A stretch of 64,000 bases of DNA from Antedon mediterranea (Eukaryota; Animalia; Echinodermata): the NCBI RefSeq assembly GCF_964355755.1, contig NC_092680.1:11284001-11348000 (forward strand), given 5' to 3'. A program made the translations under genes and the position numbers. This document shows, piece after piece, positions 52,901-64,000 of the stretch (position 1 is the first letter of the stretch; each line of letters opens with the position of its first letter). A model generated the notes under the pieces. The model made no database searches, had not been told where the DNA came from, and saw nothing but the letters and a program-made list of their open reading frames with translations.

Positions 52901-55900
52901 TTTTTATGTTAACAAGTTTTTTCGAAAATCACAAAATGGTCTAAAACGTCTCCAAATGCGATTTGAGGATATTCTGAGCACTTTGGTGTTTTTTTGTTAA
53001 AAAGTTTTTTCGAAAATCACAAAATGGTCTAAAACGTCTCCAAATGCGATTTGAAGCTATTCTGTACACTTTGATGTTTTGTGTGAAAAAGTTTTGTCGA
53101 AATGCTCAAAATGGTCTAAAACATTTTTAAATACGATATTAAGCTATTTTGTGATCTTTGATGTTTTTGTGTGAAAAGTTTTATCGAAATGCTCAAAATG
53201 GTCTAAAACGGTTTCTATTGTGATTTTAAGCACTTTGATGATTTTGTGTAACCAAGTTTCATCGAAATGTACAAAATGGTCTAAAACGTCTCCAAATGCG
53301 ATTTGAAGCTATTCTAAGTACTTTTGTGTTTTTATGTTAACAAGTTTTTTCGAAAATCACAAAATGGTCTAAAACGTCTTCAAATGCGATTTGAAGCTAT
53401 TCTGTACACTTTGATGTTTTGTGTGAAAAAGTTTTGTCAAAATGCTCAAAATGGTCTAAAACGTTTTTAAAACGATATTAAGCTATTTTGTGCTCTTTGA
53501 TGTTTTTGTGTAACCAAGTTTCATCGAAAATCACAACATGGTCTAAAACGTCTCCAAATGCGATTTGAAGCTTTTCTAAGCACTTTGGTGTTTTTATGTT
53601 AACAAGTTTTTTCGATAATCACAAAATGGTCTAAAACGTCTCCAAATGCGATTTGAAGCTCTTCTGTACACTTTGATGTTTTGTTTGAAAAAGTTTTGTC
53701 GAAATTTTCAAAATGGTCTAAAACGTTTTTAAATACGATATTAAGCTGTTTTGTGCACTTTGATGATTTGTGTGAAAAGTTTTAAGAAATGCTCAAAATG
53801 GTCTAAAACGGTTTCTAATGTGATTTTAAGCACTTTGATGTTTTTGTGTAACCAAGTTTTTTCGAAAATCACAAAATAGTCTAAAACGTCTCCAAATGCG
53901 ATTTGAAGCTTTTCTAAGCACTTTGGTGTTTTTATGTTAACAAGTTGTTTCGAAAATCACAAAATGGTCTAAAACGTCTCCAAATGCGATTTGAGGATAT
54001 TCTGAGCACTTTGGTGTTTTTTTGTTAAAAAGTTTTTTCGAAAATCACAAAATGGTCTAAAACGTCTCCAAATGCGATTTGAAGCTATTCTGTACACTTT
54101 GATGTTTTGTGTGAAAAAGTTTTGTCGAAATGCTCAAAATGGTCTAAAACGTTTTTAAATACGATATTAAGCTATTTTGTGATCTTTGATGTTTTTGTGT
54201 GAAAAGTTTTATCGAAATGCTCAAAATGGTCTAAAACGTTTTTAAAACGATATTAAGCTATTTTGTGCTCTTTGATGTTTTTGTGTAACCAAGTTTCATC
54301 GAAAATCACAAAATGGTCTAAAACGTCGCCAAATGCGATTTGAAGCTTTTCTAAGCACTTTGGTGTTTTTATGTTAACAAGTTTTTTCGAAAATCACGAA
54401 ATGGTCTAAAATATCTCCAAATGCGATTTGAAGATATTCTGAGCACTTTGGTGTTTTTATGTTAAAAAGTTTTTTCGAAAATCACAAAATGGTCTAAAAC
54501 GTCTCCAAACGCGATTTGAAGCTCTTCTGTACACTTTGATGTTTTGTGTGAAAAAGTTTTGTCGAAATTCTCAAAATGGTCTAAAACGTTTTTAAATACG
54601 ATATTAAGCTGTTTTGTGCACTCTGATGATTTGTGTGAAAAGTTTTATCGAAATGCTCAAAATGGTCTAAAACGTTTTTAAAACGATATTAAGCTATTTT
54701 GTGCTCTTTGATGTTTTTGTGTAACCAAGTTTCATCGAAAATCACAAAATGGTCTAAAACGTCGCCAAATGCGATTTGAAGCTTTTCTAAGCACTTTGGT
54801 GTTTTTATGTTAACAAGTTTTTTCGAAAATCACGAAATGGTCTAAAATATCTCCAAATGCGATTTGAAGATATTCTGAGCACTTTGGTGTTTTTATGTTA
54901 AAAAGTTTTTTCGAAAATCACAAAATGGTCTAAAACGTCTCCAAACGCGATTTGAAGCTCTTCTGTACACTTTGATGTTTTGTGTGAAAAAGTTTTGTCG
55001 AAATTCTCAAAATGGTCTAAAACGTTTTTAAATACGATATTAAGCTGTTTTGTGCACTCTGATGATTTGTGTGAAAAGTTTTAACGAAATGCTCAAAATG
55101 GTCAAAAACGGTTTCTAATGTGATTTTAAGCACTTTGATGTTTTTGTGTAACCAAGTTTTTTCAAAAATCACAAAATGGTCTAAAACGTCTCCAAATGCG
55201 ATTTGAAGCTTTTCTAAGCACTTTGGTGTTTTTATGTTAACAAGTTTTTTCGAAAATCACAAAATGGTCTAAAACGTCTCCAAATGCGATTTGAAGATAT
55301 TCTGAGCACTTTGGTGTTTTTATGTTAAAAAGTTTTTTCGAAAATCACAAAATAGTCTAAAACGTCTCCAAATGCGATTTGAAGCTATTCTGTACACTTT
55401 GATGTTTTGTGTGAAAAAGTTTTGTCGAAATGCTCAAAATGGTCTAAAACGTTTTTAAAACGATATTAAGCTATTTTGTGCTCTTTGATGTTTTTTTGTA
55501 ACCAAGTTTCATCGAAAATCACAAAATGGTCTAAAACGTCTCAAAATGCGATTTGAAGCTTTTCTAAGCACTTTGGTGTTTTTATGTTAACAAGTTTTTT
55601 CGAAAATCACAAAATGGTCTAAAACGTCTCCAAATGCGATTTGAGGATATTCTGAGCACTTTGGTGTTTTTTTGTTAAAAAGTTTTTTCGAAAATCACAA
55701 AATGGTCTAAAACGTCTCCAAATGCGATTTGAAGCTATTCTGTACACTTTGATGTTTTGTGTGAAAAAGTTTTGTCGAAATGCTCAAAATGGTCTAAAAC
55801 ATTTTTAAATACGATATTAAGCTATTTTGTGATCTTTGATGTTTTTGTGTGAAAAGTTTAATCGAAATGCTCAAAATGGTCTAAAACGGTTTCTATTGTG

Positions 55901-58900
55901 ATTTTAAGCACTTTGATGATTTTGTGTAACCAAGTTTCATCGAAATGTACAAAATGGTCTAAAACGTCTCCAAATGCGATTTGAAGCTATTCTAAGTACT
56001 TTTGTGTTTTTATGTTAACAAGTTTTTTCGAAAATCACAAAATGGTCTAAAACGTCTTCAAATGCGATTTGAAGCTATTCTGTACACTTTGATGTTTTGT
56101 GTGAAAAAGTTTTGTCAAAATGCTCAAAATGGTCTAAAACGTTTTTAAAACGATATTAAGCTATTTTGTGCTCTTTGATGTTTTTGTGTAACCAAGTTTC
56201 ATCGAAAATCACAACATGGTCTAAAACGTCTCCAAATGCGATTTGAAGCTTTTCTAAGCACTTTGGTGTTTTTATGTTAACAAGTTTTTTCGATAATCAC
56301 AAAATGGTCTAAAACGTCTCCAAATGCGATTTGAAGCTCTTCTGTACACTTTGATGTTTTGTTTGAAAAAGTTTTGTCGAAATTTTCAAAATGGTCTAAA
56401 ACGTTTTTAAATACGATATTAAGCTGTTTTGTGCACTTTGATGATTTGTGTGAAAAGTTTTAACAAATGCTCAAAATGGTCTAAAACGGTTTCTAATGTG
56501 ATTTTAAGCACTTTGATGTTTTTGTGTAACCAAGTTTTTTCGAAAATCACAAAATAGTCTAAAACGTCTCCAAATGCGATTTGAAGCTTTTCTAAGCACT
56601 TTGGTGTTTTTATGTTAACAAGTTGTTTCGAAAATCACAAAATGGTCTAAAACGTCTCCAAATGCGATTTGAGGATATTCTGAGCACTTTGGTGTTTTTT
56701 TGTTAAAAAGTTTTTTCGAAAATCACAAAATGGTCTAAAACGTCTCCAAATGCGATTTGAAGCTATTCTGTACACTTTGATGTTTTGTGTGAAAAAGTTT
56801 TGTCGAAATGCTCAAAATGGTCTAAAACGTTTTTAAATACGATATTAAGCTATTTTGTGATCTTTGATGTTTTTGTGTGAAAAGTTTTATCGAAATGCTC
56901 AAAATGGTCTAAAACGTTTTTAAAACGATATTAAGCTATTTTGTGCTCTTTGATGTTTTTGTGTAACCAAGTTTCATCGAAAATCACAAAATGGTCTAAA
57001 ACGTCGCCAAATGCGATTTGAAGCTTTTCTAAGCACTTTGGTGTTTTTATGTTAACAAGTTTTTTCGAAAATCACGAAATGGTCTAAAATATCTCCAAAT
57101 GCGATTTGAAGATATTCTGAGCACTTTGGTGTTTTTATGTTAAAAAGTTTTTTCGAAAATCACAAAATGGTCTAAAACGTCTCCAAACGCGATTTGAAGC
57201 TCTTCTGTACACTTTGATGTTTTGTGTGAAAAAGTTTTGTCGAAATTCTCAAAATGGTCTAAAACGTTTTTAAATACGATATTAAGCTGTTTTGTGCACT
57301 CTGATGATTTGTGTGAAAAGTTTTAACGAAATGCTCAAAATGGTCAAAAACGGTTTCTAATGTGATTTTAAGCACTTTGATGTTTTTGTGTAACCAAGTT
57401 TTTTCAAAAATCACAAAATGGTCTAAAACGTCTCCAAATGCGATTTGAAGCTTTTCTAAGCACTTTGGTGTTTTTATGTTAACAAGTTTTTTCGAAAATC
57501 ACAAAATGGTCTAAAACGTCTCCAAATGCGATTTGAAGATATTCTGAGCACTTTGGTGTTTTTATGTTAAAAAGTTTTTTCGAAAATCACAAAATAGTCT
57601 AAAACGTCTCCAAATGCGATTTGAAGCTATTCTGTACACTTTGATGTTTTGTGTGAAAAAGTTTTGTCGAAATGCTCAAAATGGTCTAAAACGTTTTTAA
57701 AACGATATTAAGCTATTTTGTGCTCTTTGATGTTTTTTTGTAACCAAGTTTCATCGAAAATCACAAAATGGTCTAAAACGTCTCAAAATGCGATTTGAAG
57801 CTTTTCTAAGCACTTTGGTGTTTTTATGTTAACAAGTTTTTTCGAAAATCACGAAATGGTCTAAAATGTCTCCAAATGCGATTTGAAGATATTCTGAGCA
57901 CTTTGGTGTTTTTATCTTAACAAGTTTTTTCGAAAATCACGAAATGGTCTAAAATGTCTCCAAATGCGATTTGAAGATATTCTGAGCACTTTGGTGTTTT
58001 TATGTTGAAAAGTTTTTTCGAAAATCACAAAATGGTCTAAAACGTCTCCAAATGCGATTTGAAGCTCTTCTGTACACTTTGATGTTTTGTGTGAAAAAGT
58101 TTTGTCGAAATGCTCAAAATGGTCTAAAACGTTTTTAAATACGATATTAAGCTGTTTTGTGCACTTTGATGATTTGTGTGAAAAGTTTTAACGAAATGCT
58201 CAAAATGGTCTAAAACGGTTTCTAATGTGATTTTAAGCACTTTGATGTTTTTGTGTAACCAAGTTTTTTCGAAAATCACAAAATAGTCTAAAACGTCTCC
58301 AAATGCGATTTGAAGCTTTTCTAAGCACTTTGGTGTTTTTATGTTAACAAGTTTTTTCGAAAATCACAAAATGGTCTAAAACGTCTCCAAATGCGATTTG
58401 AGGATATTCTGAGCACTTTGGTGTTTTTTTGTTAAAAAGTTTTTTCGAAAATCACAAAATGGTCTAAAACGTCTCCAAATGCGATTTGAAGCTATTCTGT
58501 ACACTTTGATGTTTTGTGTGAAAAAGTTTTTTCGAAATGCTCAAAATGGTCTAAAACGTTTTTAAATACGATATAAAGCTATTTTGTGATCTTTGATGTT
58601 TTTGTGTGAAAAGTTTTATCGAAATGCTCAAAATGGTCTAAAACGGTTTCTATTGTGATTTTAAGCACTTTGATGATTTTGTGTAACCAAGTTTCATCGA
58701 AATGTACAAAATGGTCTAAAACGTCTCCAAATGCGATTTGAAGCTATTCTAAGTACTTTTGTGTTTTTATGTTAACAAGTTTTTTCGAAAATCACAAAAT
58801 GGTCTAAAACGTCTTCAAATGCGATTTGAAGCTATTCTGTACACTTTGATGTTTTGTGTGAAAAAGTTTTGTCAAAATGCTCAAAATGGTCTAAAACGTT

Positions 58901-61900
58901 TTTAAAACGATATTAAGCTATTTTGTGCTCTTTGATGTTTTTGTGTAACCAAGTTTCATCGAAAATCACAACATGGTCTAAAACGTCTCCAAATGCGATT
59001 TGAAGCTTTTCTAAGCACTTTGGTGTTTTTATGTTAACAAGTTTTTTCGAAAATCACAAAATGGTCTAAAACGTCTCCAAATGCGATTTGAAGCTCTTCA
59101 GTACACTTTGATGTTTTGTTTGAAAAAGTTTTGTCGAAATTCTCAAAATGGTCTAAAACGTTTTTAAATTCGATATTAAGCTGTTTTGTGCACTTTGATG
59201 ATTTGTGTGAAAAGTTTTAACGAAATGCTCAAAATGGTCTAAAACGGTTTCTAATGTGATTTTAAGCACTTTGATGTTTTTGTGTAACCAAGTTTTTTCG
59301 AAAATCACAAAATAGTCTAAAACGTCTCCAAATGCGATTTGAAGCTTTTCTAAGCACTTTGGTGTTTTTATGTTAACAAGTTTTTTCGAAAATCACAAAA
59401 TGGTCTAAAACGTCTCCAAATGCGATTTGAGGATATTCTGAGCACTTTGGTGTTTTTTTGTTAAAAAGTTTTTTCGAAAATCACAAAATGGTCTAAAACG
59501 TCTCCAAATGCGATTTGAAGCTATTCTGTACACTTTGATGTTTTGTGTGAAAAAGTTTTGTCGAAATGCTCAAAATGGTCTAAAACATTTTTAAATACGA
59601 TATTAAGCTATTTTGTGATCTTTGATGTTTTTGTGTGAAAAGTTTTATCGAAATGCTCAAAATGGTCTAAAACGGTTTCTATTGTGATTTTAAGCACTTT
59701 GATGATTTTGTGTAACCAAGTTTCATCGAAATGTACAAAATGGTCTAAAACGTCTCCAAATGCGATTTGAAGCTATTCTAAGTACTTTTGTGTTTTTATG
59801 TTAACAAGTTTTTCGAAAATCACAAAATGGTCTAAAACGTCTTCAAATGCGATTTGAAGCTATTCTGTACACTTTGATGTTTTGTGTGAAAAAGTTTTGT
59901 CAAAATGCTCAAAATGGTCTAAAACGTTTTTAAAACGATATTAAGCTATTTTGTGCTCTTTGATGTTTTTGTGTAACCAAGTTTCATCGAAAATCACAAC
60001 ATGGTCTAAAACGTCTCCAAATGCGATTTGAAGCTTTTCTAAGCACTTTGGTGTTTTTATGTTAACAAGTTTTTTCGAAAATCACAAAATGGTCTAAAAC
60101 GTCTCCAAATGCGATTTGAAGCTCTTCTGTACACTTTGATGTTTTGTTTGAAAAAGTTTTGTCGAAATTTTCAAAATGGTCTAAAACGTTTTTAAATACG
60201 ATATTAAGCTGTTTTGTGCACTTTGATGATTTGTGTGAAAAGTTTTAACGAAATGCTCAAAATGGTCTAAAACGGTTTCTAATGTGATTTTAAGCACTTT
60301 GATGTTTTTGTGTAACCAAGTTTTTTCGAAAATCACAAAATAGTCTAAAACGTCTCCAAATGCGATTTGAAGCTTTTCTAAGCACTTTGGTGTTTTTATG
60401 TTAACAAGTTGTTTCGAAAATCACAAAATGGTCTAAAACGTCTCCAAATGCGATTTGAGGATATTCTGAGCACTTTGGTGTTTTTTTGTTAAAAAGTTTT
60501 TTCGAAAATCACAAAATGGTCTAAAACGTCTCCAAATGCGATTTGAAGCTATTCTGTACACTTTGATGTTTTGTGTGAAAAAGTTTTGTCGAAATGCTCA
60601 AAATGGTCTAAAACGTTTTTAAATACGATATTAAGCTATTTTGTGATCTTTGATGTTTTTGTGTGAAAAGTTTTATCGAAATGCTCAAAATGGTCTAAAA
60701 CGTTTTTAAAACGATATTAAGCTATTTTGTGCTCTTTGATGTTTTTGTGTAACCAAGTTTCATCGAAAATCACAAAATGGTCTAAAACGTCGCCAAATGC
60801 GATTTGAAGCTTTTCTAAGCACTTTGGTGTTTTTATGTTAACAAGTTTTTTCGAAAATCACGAAATGGTCTAAAATATCTCCAAATGCGATTTGAAGATA
60901 TTCTGAGCACTTTGGTGTTTTTATGTTAAAAAGTTTTTTCGAAAATCACAAAATGGTCTAAAACGTCTCCAAACGCGATTTGAAGCTCTTCTGTACACTT
61001 TGATGTTTTGTGTGAAAAAGTTTTGTCGAAATTCTCAAAATGGTCTAAAACGTTTTTAAATACGATATTAAGCTGTTTTGTGCACTTTGATGATTTGTGT
61101 GAAAAGTTTTAACGAAATGCTCAAAATGGTCAAAAACGGTTTCTAATGTGATTTTAAGCACTTTGATGTTTTTGTGTAACCAAGTTTTTTCAAAAATCAC
61201 AAAATGGTCTAAAACGTCTCCAAATGCGATTTGAAGCTTTTCTAAGCACTTTGGTGTTTTTATGTTAACAAGTTTTTTCGAAAATCACAAAATGGTCTAA
61301 AACGTCTCCAAATGCGATTTGAAGATATTCTGAGCACTTTGGTGTTTTTATGTTAAAAAGTTTTTTCGAAAATCACAAAATAGTCTAAAACGTCTCCAAA
61401 TGCGATTTGAAGCTATTCTGTACACTTTGATGTTTTGTGTGAAAAAGTTTTGTCGAAATGCTCAAAATGGTCTAAAACGTTTTTAAAACGATATTAAGCT
61501 ATTTTGTGCTCTTTGATGTTTTTTTGTAACCAAGTTTCATCGAAAATCACAAAATGGTCTAAAACGTCTCAAAATGCGATTTGAAGCTTTTCTAAGCACT
61601 TTGGTGTTTTTATGTTAACAAGTTTTTTCGAAAATCACGAAATGGTCTAAAATGTCTCCAAATGCGATTTGAAGATATTCTGAGCACTTTGGTGTTTTTA
61701 TCTTAACAAGTTTTTTCGAAAATCACGAAATGGTCTAAAATGTCTCCAAATGCGATTTGAAGATATTCTGAGCACTTTGGTGTTTTTATGTTGAAAAGTT
61801 TTTTCAAAAATCACAAAATGGTCTAAAACGTCTCCAAATGCGATTTGAAGCTCTTCTGTACACTTTGATGTTTTGTGTGAAAAAGTTTTGTCGAAATGCT

Positions 61901-64000
61901 CAAAATGGTCTAAAACGTTTTTAAATACGATATTAAGCTGTTTTGTGCACTTTGATGATTTGTGTGAAAAGTTTTAACGAAATGCTCAAAATGGTCTAAA
62001 ACGGTTTCTAATGTGATTTTAAGCACTTTGATGTTTTTGTGTAACCAAGTTTTTTCGAAAATCACAAAATAGTCTAAAACGTCTCCAAATGCGATTTGAA
62101 GCTTTTCTAAGCACTTTGGTGTTTTTATGTTAACAAGTTTTTTCGAAAAATACAAAATGGTCTAAAACGTCTCCAAATGCGATTTGAGGATATTCTGAGC
62201 ACTTTGGTGTTTTTTTGTTAAAAAGTTTTTTCGAAAATCACAAAATGGTCTAAAACGTCTCCAAATGCGATTTGAAGCTATTCTGTACACTTTGATGTTT
62301 TGTGTGAAAAAGTTTTGTTGAAATGCTCAAAATGGTCTAAAACGTTTTTAAATACGATATAAAGCTATTTTGTGATCTTTGATGTTTTTGTGTGAAAAGT
62401 TTTATCGAAATGCTCAAAATGGTCTAAAACGGTTTCTATTGTGATTTTAAGCACTTTGATGATTTTGTGTAACCAAGTTTCATCGAAATGTACAAAATGG
62501 TCTAAAACGTCTCCAAATGCGATTTGAAGCTATTCTAAGTACTTTTGTGTTTTTATGTTAACAAGTTTTTTCGAAAATCACAAAATGGTCTAAAACGTCT
62601 TCAAATGCGATTTGAAGCTATTCTGTACACTTTGATGTTTTGTGTGAAAAAGTTTTGGCAAAATGCTCAAAATGGTCTAAAACGTTTTTAAAACGATATT
62701 AAGCTATTTTGTGCTCTTTGATGTTTTTGTGTAACCAAGTTTCATCGAAAATCACAACATGGTCTAAAACGTCTCCAAATGCGATTTGAAGCTTTTCTAA
62801 GCACTTTGGTGTTTTTATGTTAACAAGTTTTTTCAAAAATCACAAAATGGTCTAAAACGTCTCCAAATGCGATTTGAAGCTCTTCTGCACACTTTGATGT
62901 TTTGTTTGAAAAAGTTTTGTCGAAATTCTCAAAATGGTCTAAAACGTTTTTAAATTCGATATTAAGCTGTTTTGTGCACTTTGATGATTTGTGTGAAAAG
63001 TTTTAACGAAATGCTCAAAATGGTCAAAAACGGTTTCTAATGTGATTTTAAGCACTTTGATGTTTTTGTGTAACCAAGTTTTTTCGAAAATCACAAAATG
63101 GTCTAAAACGTCTCCAAATGCGATTTGAGGATATTCTGAGCACTTTGGTGTTTTTATGTTAAAAAGTTTTTTCGAAAATCACAAAATGGTCTAAAACGTC
63201 TCAAAATGCGATTTGAAGCTAATCTGTACACTTTGATGTTTTGTGTGAAAAAGTTTTGTCGAAATGCTCAAAATGGTCTAAAACGTTTTTAAAACGATAT
63301 TAAGCTATTTTGTGCTCTTTGATGTTTTTGTGTAACCAAGTTTCATCGAAATCAACAAAATGGTCTAATACGTCTCCAAATGCGATTTGAAGCTTTTCCA
63401 AGCACTTTGCTGTTTTTATGTTAACAAGTTTTTTCGAAAATCACAAAATGGTCTAAAACGTCTTCAAATGCGATTTGAAGCTATTCTGTAGACTTTGATG
63501 TTTTGTGTGAAAAAGTTTTGTCGAAATGCTCAAAATGGTCTAAAACGTTTTTAAATACGATATTAAGCTATTTTGTGATCTTTGATGTTTTTGTGTGAAA
63601 AGTTTTATCAAAATGCTCAAAATGGTCTGAAACGGTTTCTAATGCGATTTGAAGCTATTCTGTACACTTTGAAGTTTTGTCTGAAAAAGTTTTCTCGAAA
63701 TGCTCAAAATGGTCTAAAACGTTTTTATATACCATATTAAGCTATTTTGTGCACTTTGATGTTTTTTGTGAAAAGTTTTATCGAAATGCTCAAAATGGTC
63801 TAAAACGGTTTCTATTGGGATTTTAAGCACTTTGATGATTTTGTGTAACCAAGTTTCATCGAAATGTACAAAATGGTCTAAAACGTTTCCAAATGCGATT
63901 TGAAGCTATTCTAAGTACTTTTGTGTTTTTATGTTAACAAGTTTTTTCGAAAATCACAAAATGGTCTAAAACGTCTTTCAAATGCGATTTGAAGCTATTC
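25984..64000. repeat. Satellite DNA, 77-88-bp monomers (~440 copies), higher-order repeat organisation, putative (peri)centromeric; continues past the window end
   Basis: The AAAATGGTCTAAAAC anchor occurs at 26015, 26103, 26191, 26278, 26364 and 26442 (spacings 88, 88, 87, 86, 78, giving a 427-bp 5-mer). Orientation is single and no insertions were seen in 38 kb. Confidence 0.98.

Noticed and set aside
34624-62155. Minus-strand ORFs in the satellite (34624, 35653, 45557, 61910)
   Set aside because: These are chance open frames through 3 monomers, created by single SNPs that give a start codon. There is no coding signal.
25984-64000. CRISPR-like array (constant AAAATGGTCTAAAAC with variable intervening sequence)
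   Set aside because: The intervening sequences are homologous variants of one monomer, not unique spacers. There are no cas genes and the context is eukaryotic.

Overview
AT-rich animal (metazoan, probably marine invertebrate) genomic DNA at the edge of a large satellite array. It is not prokaryotic, and there is no CRISPR array, rRNA or intact tRNA. Bases 1-26 kb are a nested transposon region. It holds a Merlin DNA transposon (1598-6492, 8-bp TSD CTGATTTA, long TIRs, decayed transposase) with a very young, internally deleted Ty3/Gypsy LTR element inside it (two apparently identical 1095-bp LTRs, tRNA-Leu PBS, TSD TATG). It also holds a LINE split by a DINE-1/Helentron-like element, Penelope-like fragments with hammerhead ribozyme motifs, and about 3.2 tandem copies of a ~1756-bp unit. 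An old inverted duplication links ~6.5-8.8 kb with ~12.7-14.4 kb. The most interesting item is a spliced, partly decayed gene at 20769-24261 that the ORF track misses. Its exons spell a beta-class DNA amino-methyltransferase (N4C/N6A)-like fold, in the order ILTDPPK, then K..L..L...HS.EG.LV.NCLG, then RRNCITLLE. It may sit inside a DNA transposon. Bases 25984-64000 are one uninterrupted satellite of 77-88-bp monomers arranged in higher-order repeats (~427-bp 5-mer, 780-bp 9-mer, kb-scale duplications), which looks (peri)centromeric. All family assignments are by-eye motif recognition; no database searches were run.
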